DNA of 64,000 nt from Oceanispirochaeta sp. (GCA_963663385.2 CAXXXD010000001.1:480001-544000), one strand, 5' to 3'; positions 11,001 to 21,243 are shown, numbered from the stretch's first letter. A program made the numbers and translations. The notes: generated from the sequence alone by a model not told the origin.

Positions 11001-12397
11001 AATTTCAGGGGATTATCTGCCTTCAGGGCAATCTCTCCGATCTCCCAGGCATGGGCAATATTTAAATCACCAGCTGCCGATTCTTCCAGAAAGGACCCTG
11101 TTCCGGCAGAGCAGGCTTCATTCATGGCGTAATCTATGGGAACTCTGTTTTCCAGGAGAACATACTTGGCATCCTGTCCGCCTATTTCGAAGATAGTGTC
11201 TACATCCTGGCTGAAAAAAGTTGTTCCGTGGGAGTGGGCGATGATTTCGTTGTATACCCCTGCGGTTTCCATGAATACACCAAGGATCTCACGGGAAGAT
11301 CCCGTTGTTGCACAGAGGGGAATCTTGATGGATGATTCGCTTCCGATATCCTTATGAATTTTTTTCCGCAGCTCAATTATACAGTTCTTAAGGGCTCTTA
11401 CAGGGTCTCCGTGTGTCCGACCGTAGTGCGCGGCTACAATTTCACTGTTCTCCATGTCGATGAGACAGGCTTTTGTTGTAGTGGAACCGCCGTCGATACC
11501 CAGGATATACTCGTGACCTTCTTTGACGGAGGCGAATTCCGTTTCCAGATAACGGACTTTTTCAGCTGCTGTTTTAAGATCTGTATAACGGTCAAAGCGT
11601 ATCCGGCTTTCTTTCAGGATGTTCTCTGTTTTCGGCAGGGGTGAACCTGCCTCTTCGGCCAGGTGAGCGGCTCCGAACGCTTCGAAGTAAGCTGCTTCTT
11701 CGGGAATAATATACTCGATATGGGGTGTCTTCTCTTTCATAAAACGGAGGATATGCTTATTCCTTGTAATCCCGCCGGTGAGCAATACAGATCCTTTCTT
11801 GATCCTTGCCCTGCTGAGAAAGTCGGCTACCTTGGTAGCCATAACATCGCTGAGGGAAAGAACAATATCGTCCTTTGTCGCCTGTTTTTTATTGAGCCTG
11901 TGGGTACAGTCGCTCTTCATAAATACGGAACAGCGGGAGGAAAGAGAGATAACCTGACTCTCTTCGGAAACGGTATTGACATTGTCCAGGGTCATATCCA
12001 TTCGGGCCAGCTGCTGTTTGAAGAACTCTCCTGTACCGGAAGCACATTTACTGCCGGAAAAGTTGTTGATGATCTTGCTGTCTTTATCAATCGTGTAAAC
12101 AACCAGATCCTCTCCGCCCATACTTACAACGGCATCCACTTTATGGCCTGTTACTTCCAGGGCTTTTTCGATACAGACTGGTTCTATAACAGAATTGGTG
12201 GCCAGAAGATAACGACCGTCAGTTCCTGTTGTCAGAGCTGAAATACCCTCTTCCGGGTTCTTCTCGTCCAATACATTTATAATGGCATTCTGAAAATCTC
12301 CCTCATGGGGGACTACCTTGTTCCAGACCTCTTTGCCATTCTCGATCAGAACAGTTTTCAGACTGGAGCTGCCTATGTTTATACCGATACATTTCAT
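8081..12397 (-). CDS. Large acyl-CoA dehydratase activase fusion (two BadF/HgdC-type ATPase domains plus DUF2229-like C-terminal domains)
   Basis: KCASGTGEF/SRCSVF, GIDGGSTTTK, EIGGQDAK, MNEACSAGTGSF, CKSCDNYC, GRPY, NFSCAPD; start re-called to 12397. Confidence 0.85.
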   Translation of the reverse strand: MKCIGINIGSSSLKTVLIENGKEVWNKVVPHEGDFQNAIINVLDEKNPEEGISALTTGTDGRYLLATNSVIEPVCIEKALEVTGHKVDAVVSMGGEDLVVYTIDKDSKIINNFSGSKCASGTGEFFKQQLARMDMTLDNVNTVSEESQVISLSSRCSVFMKSDCTHRLNKKQATKDDIVLSLSDVMATKVADFLSRARIKKGSVLLTGGITRNKHILRFMKEKTPHIEYIIPEEAAYFEAFGAAHLAEEAGSPLPKTENILKESRIRFDRYTDLKTAAEKVRYLETEFASVKEGHEYILGIDGGSTTTKACLIDMENSEIVAAHYGRTHGDPVRALKNCIIELRKKIHKDIGSESSIKIPLCATTGSSREILGVFMETAGVYNEIIAHSHGTTFFSQDVDTIFEIGGQDAKYVLLENRVPIDYAMNEACSAGTGSFLEESAAGDLNIAHAWEIGEIALKADNPLKFGEHCSAFINSDIRKAIQQGARREDITAGIVTSIVSNYLNRVVGNRTIGKKIFLQGGVAKNKAVPLAFAMLLDKEILVPPAPELMGCFGVGILARQKYREELLDRGNFDLEAVLDTQIEYGKVFTCKSCDNYCPIQVLNVNEHRYMFGGRCSKYTNSSNKTKPEGEVVNYIDERNKLMFETHAPKAEDFSQKHPFSVGIPKCFSVHTLYPLYSWFFHELGIKTVLSDEIDHNGVARVESAYCFPAEIAHGAVQDIINKKTDYIFVPHFRDMPSMEKDVHANFCPITQSLPYYIQKAFPDVPEEKLLPLIVTFKFGEGKALEYFLKLGEQLSLSEDDVKKAFRKALSKQESYQKAARNLGKEALAKAREVNHPVIALLGRPYNAFTPEANMGIPRKFSSRGYSIIPFDILPVGEEKIFSNMYWYYGQLDMKAAAMLKDEPNIYVTYITNFSCAPDSFILHYLKWMMETKPFLILELDSHSADAGVDTRIEAFLDIIDGYRSRKDRGKEERYDNGLRFINNGEEDLHILNTSTGEKIPFRNNPRVKMLLSNMGNLATEMMASIVRSSGYNAEAMPEADSKTLQLARSHASGKECVPSHLVLGSALKFINSPDYRKDEIYLLFVPITTGPCRTGQYFVFYENLFKDMRLENVVVITMSADNSYTELGPNFSKYMWQGLVISDYMKDIQTSLRACAEKPAEAIAKYNELWHEMTSAAEKDFKTVYPALEKVAKEIAKIPLKKTIHEVPRVLIVGEIYVRRDDFAVDELVELMSRKNIIAKVSGISEWIHYLDFVRDYDLNKRLKLQPWHKRATCRERRDLLKLSIEKAWKHAIERKVKKCLRHADLIPHTPHDMNRIMKNTTDNFLNLELNSEIAISSGVAATAMEEGYSGVINISPFACLIGRVIEGLYTPWARERKYPAMSIEVDGNQLPPNIINKLNIFMMNVLRFKSDPDSMDLIESDHSTPVEEEEVMVAGD

Positions 12398-12633
12398 ATT
12401 ACGACCCTCGTTCTCGATGAAAGATTCTTCCCGGAAAGAGATCTCCGGTAATGATGACAAAATTGATATGTTTGTCTTTTTCCTTTTGAATCAATGTTAT
12501 TATTGTGAAACTTTCCTGTTTTGTCTATGTTCTGAACCGGTGTTTTCTCTGTTATTCGATCCCTTTTTTTTTTTCGTTTTCCTGAACTCTCCAGCCTTGC
12601 TTTTCCCGGCATTCTCTGAAAAAATCCTTAGCC

Positions 12634-13686
12634 ATGAAGATTGCCTTACTATTATCAGGAGGAGTGGACAGTTCTGTTGCTCTCCGTCTCCTGCAGGAAC
12701 AGGGATATTCCGATATAACAGCCTATTATCTTAAAATATGGCTGGAAGATGAATTGAGTTTTCTGGGGGATTGCCCCTGGGAGGAGGATCTGGCCTATGC
12801 AAGGGCTGTCTGCGAGCAGGCGGAGGTTCCTCTCAAGGTTCTCTCTCTGCAGCAGGACTATTATGAACGGGTTGTTTCCTACACGGTTGATGAGCTGAAA
12901 AAAGGCCGGACACCCAGTCCCGACATCTTCTGCAACCAGAGAATTAAATTCGGAGCTTTTTACGACAAAGTGAATGAACAGTACGATAAGGTCGCTACCG
13001 GCCATTACGGTCTGGTAGAGGAGATTGACGGTTTATACTATCTTAGACGATCCCCCGATCCGGTAAAGGATCAGTCCTACTTTCTTTCTCACCTCTCCCA
13101 GAAACAGATTTCAAAGATTCTCTTTCCCATCGGAGGAATGATGAAGGAAGAGGTCCGGGCTCTGGCAGAGAAGTATGATCTGCCCAATAAAGACAGAAAG
13201 GACAGTCAGGGGATCTGCTTCCTCGGGAAAATTAAATACACGGATTTCATCAAACACTATCTGGGTGAAAAAGAGGGCGAAATACGGGAGAAAGAGACGG
13301 AGACTGTACTTGGAACTCATAAGGGATTCTGGTTTTATACAATAGGCCAGAGGCAGGGGCTCGGGTTGAGTAACGGCCCCTGGTATGTTACCGGGAAAGA
13401 TCTTGAAAAAAATATCATCTATGTTTCTTCCAGTATGAATGTGCTGGATCAGAAAAGGGATAAATTTACAGTTTGTGAACCTAACTGGATCTCCAGGAAA
13501 CCTTCCGTAACAGAATTGACTCTAAAACTGAGGCATGGTCCCAGACTCAATAACTGCACTATTAAGTGGCTGAGTCCCGACCGTCTGGAAGTTATTATGG
13601 ACGAAGGTGACAAAGGCGTCGCGCCGGGTCAGTTTGCCGTTTTTTATGAGGGTGATATATGCCTCGGCGGCGCTCGAATTGAATAG
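12634..13686 (+). CDS. mnmA: tRNA 2-thiouridine(34) synthase
   Basis: SGGVDS, TPSPDIFCN, ATGHY, KDQSYFL, DSQGICF, APGQ. Confidence 0.96.
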   Translation: MKIALLLSGGVDSSVALRLLQEQGYSDITAYYLKIWLEDELSFLGDCPWEEDLAYARAVCEQAEVPLKVLSLQQDYYERVVSYTVDELKKGRTPSPDIFCNQRIKFGAFYDKVNEQYDKVATGHYGLVEEIDGLYYLRRSPDPVKDQSYFLSHLSQKQISKILFPIGGMMKEEVRALAEKYDLPNKDRKDSQGICFLGKIKYTDFIKHYLGEKEGEIREKETETVLGTHKGFWFYTIGQRQGLGLSNGPWYVTGKDLEKNIIYVSSSMNVLDQKRDKFTVCEPNWISRKPSVTELTLKLRHGPRLNNCTIKWLSPDRLEVIMDEGDKGVAPGQFAVFYEGDICLGGARIE

Positions 13687-13691
13687 TTCTT

Positions 13692-14492
13692 TTAATTAAA
13701 ATCGGTTTGGCGGGCTATATCCCGAACAAGCTCTGCATTATCCGAGAAGATTCCGTCTATACCGGCTTTAAAGAGCCGTTTCATTTCGTCAGCCTCGTTT
13801 ACAGTCCAGATCTGGAGTATGAGGTTTCTCTTTTTGCACCAGCGTATAAAAGCGGGAGTGAGGATCTTCATGCCGTTATGGTATTCGGGTATTTGAATGG
13901 CCCGAACCTTTCCTTTTCTAATCACATCGAGATTCCCTCCTATCCGGTAATAGACCATGAGTTTTCTCAGTTCCAGTTTTGAAAGGGACGTTTCCGTTTC
14001 AGGAAGGATCCCTCTGAAAACCTTAAGAACATTGTGATGGAAAGATCCGATGCAGACCCGATGTTCCGCCTTTTCTGTTTCCAGAATTTTTTTCATCATA
14101 TAGGCCAGTTCGGGGATGTCCTCTTTGAGATCTACATTGAAGCGTGTCTCGGGGAATTTTCTTAGGGCATCCTGAAACAGAAAGGGGTGTATTCCTTTTC
14201 CCCTGAAGGGAAATGTTTTTCCGTCATCCCGTGTAAATCGGGCTCCCGCATCGACAGCCATCAGTTCGTCAGCTGTCAAATTGCGAATCTTCCGGGGATC
14301 TCCGGATACCCTTTCAAGGCTGTCATCGTGCCAGATGATGACCTTTTTATCGGCTGTGAGATGGACGTCCGTTTCAACCACATCCACTCCCAGTTTGACA
14401 GCTGCCTGAAAAGCCGGTTCAGTATTTTCGGGGTAGTTCCGACTGTCTCCCCTGTGAGCCAGGGAACGGGGTATGGGATCAAAGAAACTCAT
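13692..14492 (-). CDS. Glycerophosphodiester phosphodiesterase
   Basis: AHRG, PENT, ETDVHLTAD, HD, WTVN, GIFSD. Confidence 0.9.
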   Translation of the reverse strand: MSFFDPIPRSLAHRGDSRNYPENTEPAFQAAVKLGVDVVETDVHLTADKKVIIWHDDSLERVSGDPRKIRNLTADELMAVDAGARFTRDDGKTFPFRGKGIHPFLFQDALRKFPETRFNVDLKEDIPELAYMMKKILETEKAEHRVCIGSFHHNVLKVFRGILPETETSLSKLELRKLMVYYRIGGNLDVIRKGKVRAIQIPEYHNGMKILTPAFIRWCKKRNLILQIWTVNEADEMKRLFKAGIDGIFSDNAELVRDIARQTDFN

Positions 14493-15655
14493 CAGTAACA
14501 GTTTTCCAGAATCTCAAGAATTTCAGCATCGGAAAACGTATAGGGATTGTTCTTGTTTCCCGACAGTACAGCCGCCTTCTTTAAATCAGTCTTCTTGATG
14601 CCATACTCTTTTAAGGGAGGAAGTTTGGCCTGATCTGCCCAGATATCCAGTTGACTGATCAGGGCCAGAATGCTTTCCTCCAGAGATAGATCTGTGTTTC
14701 TTTTCAGATAGCGTCCCAAATCTGCAGCTTTCATCAGGGAAGGATGGGACGGGTTACGGTCCAGTAGGACACTCAGGGTCTGACGCATAACAGGAGGCAT
14801 CAGGAGACCGCAGGCCGATCCATGAGGGATGGGGAACAGCCCTCCCAGTACACCGGCGATTCCATGAACCGTTCCAAGTCCGGCATTGGCCAGGGTTAAT
14901 CCGGAAAGCGCTGCTCCCAGAGCAATATCGGCCCGTTCTGTTTTTGCTGCCTGTCCATCAAGGATCGCTGAGAAAGAGCGTAAGAAGGATTCCAGTCCGC
15001 TGCGGGCCAGGCAGTCCGTCAGGGGAGATGCCTGGGTTGACAGGTAGGATTCAAGGAGTTGGCTGAATGCATCCATCCCGCAGGATGCTCCGATTTGAGC
15101 CGGCAGTGACTCTGTCCAGTCCGGATCGATAATTGCCACATCGGGAATGTAGTTATCATGACGCAGGGATTTTTTAAACCCCTCAGGTCCGGGACTGCTT
15201 ATAACGGCGTTTTTTGTGCATTCGCTTCCCGTTCCGGAAGTGGTAGGCAGGGCATAGAAGGGGATCTTTTCTCCGGATGGATCCTTTGTTCCGATACCTT
15301 CCAGGTAATCAATAACGGAACCTTCTTCGCACAGCATGGCAGATACGGCTTTTCCCGCATCCAGAACACTCCCGCCGCCCAGAGCAAGAACTGTAGATAT
15401 GGTACAATTCCGGTAGGTATCCGTTATTCTGTCAATGATTTCAGGAGAAGGTTCTCCTTTCACAGTTTCAAAGCTTACTTGAATATCCGCATCTTTTAAT
15501 GCTTTACACAGGGATTCAAATAGGGGTGTTTCCTTTACAGAGTGACCTGTTAGAAATAGGACATTTTCTCCGGAGGTGAGCAGTGTTGTCAAAACAGATG
15601 ATTTGCCGCTTCCGAAGAGTATTTTTTTATTGGCGGCAAAGGTAAAATCTACCAT
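14492..15655 (-). CDS. Iron-containing alcohol dehydrogenase
   Basis: GGGSVLDAGK, PTTSGTGSE, DAFSQ..E, GTVHG, HG; start re-called to 15655. Confidence 0.9.
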   Translation of the reverse strand: MVDFTFAANKKILFGSGKSSVLTTLLTSGENVLFLTGHSVKETPLFESLCKALKDADIQVSFETVKGEPSPEIIDRITDTYRNCTISTVLALGGGSVLDAGKAVSAMLCEEGSVIDYLEGIGTKDPSGEKIPFYALPTTSGTGSECTKNAVISSPGPEGFKKSLRHDNYIPDVAIIDPDWTESLPAQIGASCGMDAFSQLLESYLSTQASPLTDCLARSGLESFLRSFSAILDGQAAKTERADIALGAALSGLTLANAGLGTVHGIAGVLGGLFPIPHGSACGLLMPPVMRQTLSVLLDRNPSHPSLMKAADLGRYLKRNTDLSLEESILALISQLDIWADQAKLPPLKEYGIKKTDLKKAAVLSGNKNNPYTFSDAEILEILENCY

Positions 15656-15957
15656 TCTGAAGGGTCCTCCGGAAAATGGGGGGTATGACATGTTCCCTTT
15701 CGGGGAACCGCCATCCAGGGGGCTACTGTATCCCGCCATTTTAAGTAATGAGCCGTTTGTTTATGGGTTTTTACCGCGTCTTCGGATGAATAGACTTCGT
15801 ATAGAAAAAACCGGGAAGGATCGTCCTGCTGCTGCAGCACATCAAAGCGCAGGTTTCCTTCTTCCTTTCGTGTATTCCTGTGATTCTCTTCGGTTGCATT
15901 AAGAAAATCATTTTCATGACCTTTTACAACGCTTACTTCAACACAATATACCAGCAT
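15649..15957 (-). CDS. Antibiotic biosynthesis monooxygenase-fold protein (LsrG-like)
   Basis: EEGNLRFDVLQ..F.LYEVY..HKQTAHYLKWRDTV. Confidence 0.85.
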   Translation of the reverse strand: MLVYCVEVSVVKGHENDFLNATEENHRNTRKEEGNLRFDVLQQQDDPSRFFLYEVYSSEDAVKTHKQTAHYLKWRDTVAPWMAVPRKGTCHTPHFPEDPSEW

Positions 15958-15980
15958 GCTATTTCTCCTTTGAATGTGTT

Positions 15981-17534
15981 TCAGGGAATTGTCTGTATTG
16001 TATTATAACAACTTTCTGTCAGCTGCTCATGGTTTTTCCGGTAGAATTTTATGGCATCCGGAAGAAACCGGATTAGATCCGAGGCTACAAGGCTTTCCGC
16101 CCCCAGCTCCTCGGCGGCCAGATCCCCTGCCAGTCCGTGGAGGAGCACCCCTGTTCGTACCGCATTACCCGTACCGAGCTGTTTTATCAGTCCCATGATA
16201 ATACCGGTTAGAACATCGCCGCTCCCGGCCGTTCCCATTCCGGAATTCCCCGTCATATTAATATATTCCTCTCCTCCGTGAAAGCAGATACGGCTATGGG
16301 GGCCCTTATAAACAGTAATGGCATTATAACTGTTTTCAATTGTACTATTATCGGACAGTTTTGCCAGAAGGGCTCTCTGCTCCCCCTTATGAGGGGTCAG
16401 AATTGTAGCTTCCCTGCGCTTTGAAGCCAGTGCCGGGTCTTCTGCCAGAACTGACAGGGCATCCGCATCAATCAGAAGAGGAGCCGGAATCCGGGGAATC
16501 AGTTCCTTTATAAGCTCCCGGGTTTGAGGGTTTCTCGTTATTCCCGGTCCGAGAATAACCGCATCATGACTTTTAGCCAACTCCAGAATCTTCTGAAGGT
16601 TGGAGGGATGGATGCTTCCGGCGCCGGTTGATTCAAGGGGTTCCAGAACTGCCTCGGTACAGAGCGAGGAAAAGGGAACCGCCATATAATCCGGAATGGC
16701 TGCCGTGACAAAACCGGCTCCGCTTCGAAAGATGGCATTGGCAGCCAAAGCCGGTGCTCCGAAGTAGTTAGATCCGCCCCCGATAAGCAGTATTTTACCA
16801 AACGAGTGTTTATATCCTTCGGGATCCCGTTCGGGAAGGGGAGGGGGCAGATTTATCTCTTTAGTATAGGTTTTACAGTTGTAATACTCGGGAGGAAAGG
16901 ATATATGAGAGCAGTAGAGTTTTCCCTGACGGGCAAATCCCGGATAGAGTACATTTCCCCATTTGGGATTTCCGAAAGTAATGCAGGCTTTTGCCGTAAC
17001 CGCTTCTCCGGAGATTTCACCGTTTCCTCCCTGTACACCGGAGGGTATATCTACTGACAGGACCGGTTTTCCGGATTTGTTGATAAAACGGATGATATTC
17101 CGACTGATACCTTCGACAGGCCGGTTCAGGCCGGTGCCGAATAAAGCATCTATCAGATACCCGGCCTGTCCTATCAGCTTTTCTGCCTGATCCATATCCG
17201 GGTTGACCAGCAGAGGAAGGGGTAGATTCTTCAAAATCTTCAAATTCTGTTCTGATACCGTGGAAAATCTTTCCAGGGAACCGAAGATCAGTACAGAAAG
17301 GGGTAAATTCAAAGAATGGATCTTTCTCGCCAGAGCCAGACCATCTCCGCCATTGTTCCCGGTACCGCATATAACTACGCCGCCCTGTTTCTGTAGAAAT
17401 GGATCTATTTCCTTTAACAGTACATTTAAAACGGCTGAAGCCGCATTCTCCATCAGCACCGCATCTGGAATTCCCAGTTCTTCAATGGCTGCTTGATCAA
17501 GATCCCGCATTTCTGCAGGAGACAGAATTTTCAT
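15981..17534 (-). CDS. nnr: Bifunctional NAD(P)H-hydrate epimerase/dehydratase
   Basis: LMENA, GNNGGDG, DALFGTG, DIPSG, GPG, IDADAL, TPH, AGSGDVLTG. Confidence 0.92.
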   Translation of the reverse strand: MKILSPAEMRDLDQAAIEELGIPDAVLMENAASAVLNVLLKEIDPFLQKQGGVVICGTGNNGGDGLALARKIHSLNLPLSVLIFGSLERFSTVSEQNLKILKNLPLPLLVNPDMDQAEKLIGQAGYLIDALFGTGLNRPVEGISRNIIRFINKSGKPVLSVDIPSGVQGGNGEISGEAVTAKACITFGNPKWGNVLYPGFARQGKLYCSHISFPPEYYNCKTYTKEINLPPPLPERDPEGYKHSFGKILLIGGGSNYFGAPALAANAIFRSGAGFVTAAIPDYMAVPFSSLCTEAVLEPLESTGAGSIHPSNLQKILELAKSHDAVILGPGITRNPQTRELIKELIPRIPAPLLIDADALSVLAEDPALASKRREATILTPHKGEQRALLAKLSDNSTIENSYNAITVYKGPHSRICFHGGEEYINMTGNSGMGTAGSGDVLTGIIMGLIKQLGTGNAVRTGVLLHGLAGDLAAEELGAESLVASDLIRFLPDAIKFYRKNHEQLTESCYNTIQTIP

Positions 17535-17854
17535 TTTATCAATTTTGGCTCAGTTCCCGAATACTGGAAAATTTCAGATTGTACCCACATGAAGTTTTTA
17601 TTTTCCGTAGGAACAAGAAACTGGGATGTTTCAACATTTGACTCATCTTCTGCAATAATGGTTACATCCTTAACAGCAAGAACAGGATAATCCTTGTCTG
17701 AGTGAAAATTCTTGGCAATTTTCATATACTCGGAAGATATATAGGGAAAGAAGTCTTTTCTTTGTTTTGTATAGTCTTCTCGTATTCTTACATAGAACAA
17801 ACCGGTTCTCATTTTATTGCTCCCAAAATTCTCTAATTTGCCATTATTATACAA
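17531..17854 (-). CDS. Hypothetical protein
   Basis: ORF overlaps the nnr start (ATGA-type coupling); true start may be further downstream. Confidence 0.6.
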   Translation of the reverse strand: MYNNGKLENFGSNKMRTGLFYVRIREDYTKQRKDFFPYISSEYMKIAKNFHSDKDYPVLAVKDVTIIAEDESNVETSQFLVPTENKNFMWVQSEIFQYSGTEPKLIK

Positions 17855-17889
17855 GAAGTCTAAAGTTTTAGCTTGTTTTTTTTTAAATA

Positions 17890-19689
17890 TTAACTGCTAA
17901 TTTCGGGTTTAGGTTCCGTATTTGAAGTTTCTGCCGGATTCTCCGGAGTTTCCTGACTATCTTGAACCGGTTCCGGATCGGCGGAAGCTTTCATGATCTG
18001 AATAATCTCCCTACCTGCTCTCTGCCGCAGCTTGACATAGAGAGTTTTATTAACAGAATCATAGACCCAGCCGTCAGAATACCGTTGAAAACGGGGATCG
18101 CTCTTCCAGCGGATCCCGTGCAGCAGGATACGGTCAAAGGGGTCGATACCGCTGATAATTATATGATGAATCTGCCCTTTGGGATATACGAGATCTATAC
18201 TGACAGATTCGTTATCAGAATTAATCCGGGTATCTTCCGCTGCAGTAAAAAGCCAGCTGCCGGCTCCCTCCTGATTTGAGAGATCAATTATCCGGGGATT
18301 GAAATCTCTGTTGAAAAAGCTGCTGTAAATATCTTCCGGTCTCAGGAAACCTTCTCCCTGAGATGCCCTTTCTCTTGAAAAAGTAATACGGGCAGGCAGA
18401 AATCCGTTCTCATCCGCTTTGGCCAGAACGCTTATCAGGATTTTCTGTCCAATCCGGATAAGTTGGTTACTACCGGTGATCTCCCCCGCTTTAATCAGCA
18501 TATCAGCGGCCTGGATATTCTGGGTCGAGTAGCATACGGGATTTTCCGGATGGAAGAGAAAAAGTCCCTCTTCAAGCCATACAATCAGGGGGTAGAGGTT
18601 CTCTTCAACCCAGGCTTCAATATCCAGCTCTTCTCCATTGTTTAATAAGGCGGCGAGCTCAAGAATCTCCCTATATGGGGGGGCTTCCGGATTTCCTTCC
18701 AACTGGAAGGTGTTTAACTGTCTTAGAAGCTGGATCGGGTTACCCCGCAGCAGAGGAGCTCCCCTGTTAACGATGTCCCCAGTAAAAGGAGCCGAATACC
18801 AACTGAGTCTGGAACTGTTTTTTTCTGCCGCTTTTAAGAGATCCGGCAGGAGAAGGGAGTACTCGCCCTGTTTTAAGGCTTCGCTGATTTCGCAGACAAG
18901 GATTTTTTCGTCAAAACTGGAGTTCCCGTCCGGTAGAGCCCATGTTCCCAGGTTTTTGTCAAAACGGGATTTCCATCCGTTATAAGAAGCCGCTATAAAC
19001 CGGGCAAGGAGCTCTTCGTACTCCTTCTCTGTTGATTCTTCTTTTGTGAGCCATTCCCGGACTGTTCTTCCCAGGCCGGGGGCTTCATCTTCCAGGGCCA
19101 GAGTTGCCGTTGTCCTGTCTACCATGGATATGGTAAGTATTTTACTCTTTGGATTGAATGAAAAATCCTGATTCATATTCAGAAAAAAAGAGCTGGTTCC
19201 ATCCGTCAGCATATACCGGTTTTCTTCATCTGCGGTTAATTGAAAAGGCTGCAATGTGTCTGTTTGAATTTGAAGTTCTTTAATGGGGGGGCGCGTCTTG
19301 GGAATTGTGAATTCCAGGGAGCTGTCATTGCTGACCGGATCGCTGGATATTCTGATGGATGTATCGTACTTGAAGGAGAGGAGAAGAGTGTTCTCATCCC
19401 GACTGATGTCCTGAATTTGTAGATTCCTCCTTATTCCATCTTCACTTATCATTGTGAGAGGGGCAGAGGCAGAAAAATTGACAGCCAGTCCATTGCTCAT
19501 TACGGTGAGTTTGGAAATCTGCTGCGGTTTAATACCACGGCCCTTTGTCATTGTTCCGTAGTATGAGACATTCTTCATTTGTCTGGAAAATTCTTCAAAT
19601 TGAGAAAAATGCAGAAATAAAAATACTAATATCAATAGGGCATATAGAACAGGGATGAATAATAATCCCGAACCTGTTTTTCTTTCCAT
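17890..19689 (-). CDS. Hypothetical N-terminally membrane-anchored protein
   Basis: 599 aa ORF with one N-terminal hydrophobic helix and an acidic low-complexity tail. Confidence 0.75.
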   Translation of the reverse strand: MERKTGSGLLFIPVLYALLILVFLFLHFSQFEEFSRQMKNVSYYGTMTKGRGIKPQQISKLTVMSNGLAVNFSASAPLTMISEDGIRRNLQIQDISRDENTLLLSFKYDTSIRISSDPVSNDSSLEFTIPKTRPPIKELQIQTDTLQPFQLTADEENRYMLTDGTSSFFLNMNQDFSFNPKSKILTISMVDRTTATLALEDEAPGLGRTVREWLTKEESTEKEYEELLARFIAASYNGWKSRFDKNLGTWALPDGNSSFDEKILVCEISEALKQGEYSLLLPDLLKAAEKNSSRLSWYSAPFTGDIVNRGAPLLRGNPIQLLRQLNTFQLEGNPEAPPYREILELAALLNNGEELDIEAWVEENLYPLIVWLEEGLFLFHPENPVCYSTQNIQAADMLIKAGEITGSNQLIRIGQKILISVLAKADENGFLPARITFSRERASQGEGFLRPEDIYSSFFNRDFNPRIIDLSNQEGAGSWLFTAAEDTRINSDNESVSIDLVYPKGQIHHIIISGIDPFDRILLHGIRWKSDPRFQRYSDGWVYDSVNKTLYVKLRQRAGREIIQIMKASADPEPVQDSQETPENPAETSNTEPKPEISS

Positions 19690-19807
19690 AACGCCCGAAT
19701 AGTATCAGCAGGAATCTAAAAAAGCAACCTTGTCCAAACGGAGCTCCATGGGTATATTTAACACACCGTATATTCAGTTAAGAAAGCAATCTCTTTAAGG
19801 AGACAAT

Positions 19808-21235
19808 ATGTTCGATAGTTTTTTCCGCTTCAGAAGCCTTTTGGTTTCTGCAGTCTTAATAACAATTCTGTTCGGAGGATGTTCTACGGTTTCCGAAAAA
19901 CCCGAGGGAGAGGGCATAACTCCAGAAACAGCAGGGAATCAGGTCGTGGAACAGCCGGAGGAGCAGGTTCCGGAGGAGACGATTACCCTGGCGGAAAAAC
20001 TGTCTACCGTGCAATCCGTTGATGATATTGATCAGGCGCTGGCTGTTCTTGAGGGAGCAGAGAGCCTGACAATAGAAGAGCAGATCCTCAAGGCTTCTCT
20101 GGAAATTGCAGAACAGAAACTGACGGAAGCCGGCCGGACTCTTGATTCTGTATTAAAGGAAGAGCCGGAAAATGCAGATGCCATTTATACTCTGGCCTTA
20201 CTGAGGGATGCGGAAGGTAATGGTGACGGCCGGGATCTTAATTTGAAAAAGGCCCTGTCTTTTGATCCTGCCCACAGTGATTCTCTTATTTTTCAGGGAA
20301 TGATTTTTCTTGGAAACAGGGATTATAGCCATGCTGATTCCAACTTTTCCAAAGTTCTGAAAACACAGCCGAATAATTTTCTGGCTCTTTCCGGGGCTGC
20401 CACGGTTCAGATGAACCTGGACAACCTGGATAAATCCATTGAACTGCTGGATCGGGCTATTGAGCTTGAGCCCGAATATGCCTACCTCTATGTAGACCGG
20501 GCCAGGGCATGGAAAGGATTGAAGAAGTACGGTAAAGCAGAAGATAATCTGACAGAGGCTATCAGGCTGGAGCCGGATATGGAGTGGCACTACCTTGATC
20601 GTGCCAGAATCAGAATCCAGTACTTTCATGATCTGGAGGGTGCCTGGGAGGATCTGACAGAACTGGACCGTCTGAACCCTGATAACTTTTTTGCCCATGT
20701 CTATATGGCCGGAATTCTGGATGACTGGGGCAGGTATGAGGACGCAGAGGAGTACTACCTTAAAATAATCGCTGCCCGTCCGAATTACGGATTTGCCCAT
20801 GAACCGCTGGCAAAAATAGCCTATATGGATGGCCGTTATGATGACGCCAAAAACCATTTCCTCCGGGCCTATGATTTTGAACAGAGAGACTTCTCTTACC
20901 TGCTGGCTGCTGCTATCTGTATGGAAAAGATGAATGACAGGCGGTCTGCGGAAAAAATGCTGAAAGAACTGGCCCCAAGGGTTCCCCGGGGAACTCTGGA
21001 ATATGAAATGTTCCGATACTACCTGTCTCCCGGTTCGGACTTCTTCATCATGGATAAGATCAAGAAGGAAGAGAATGAGGATCTTCAGAGCAGGATGTAT
21101 TTTTACCTGGGAGCCCGTTATGATCTGAACGGGTTGAGGCAGAGCGCTTTGGCTGCCTACGGAAATGTTATGGAAAAGAGTGATTTTTTTGAATCGGATC
21201 TGGCCGGATGGGAATTGAACCGGCCCGCTCAATAG
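19808..21235 (+). CDS. Tetratricopeptide-repeat lipoprotein
   Basis: Lipobox FGGC; multiple TPR-like units (AIELEPEYAYLYVDRA); RBS AAGGAG. Confidence 0.85.
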   Translation: MFDSFFRFRSLLVSAVLITILFGGCSTVSEKPEGEGITPETAGNQVVEQPEEQVPEETITLAEKLSTVQSVDDIDQALAVLEGAESLTIEEQILKASLEIAEQKLTEAGRTLDSVLKEEPENADAIYTLALLRDAEGNGDGRDLNLKKALSFDPAHSDSLIFQGMIFLGNRDYSHADSNFSKVLKTQPNNFLALSGAATVQMNLDNLDKSIELLDRAIELEPEYAYLYVDRARAWKGLKKYGKAEDNLTEAIRLEPDMEWHYLDRARIRIQYFHDLEGAWEDLTELDRLNPDNFFAHVYMAGILDDWGRYEDAEEYYLKIIAARPNYGFAHEPLAKIAYMDGRYDDAKNHFLRAYDFEQRDFSYLLAAAICMEKMNDRRSAEKMLKELAPRVPRGTLEYEMFRYYLSPGSDFFIMDKIKKEENEDLQSRMYFYLGARYDLNGLRQSALAAYGNVMEKSDFFESDLAGWELNRPAQ

Positions 21236-21243
21236 GGATCTCC

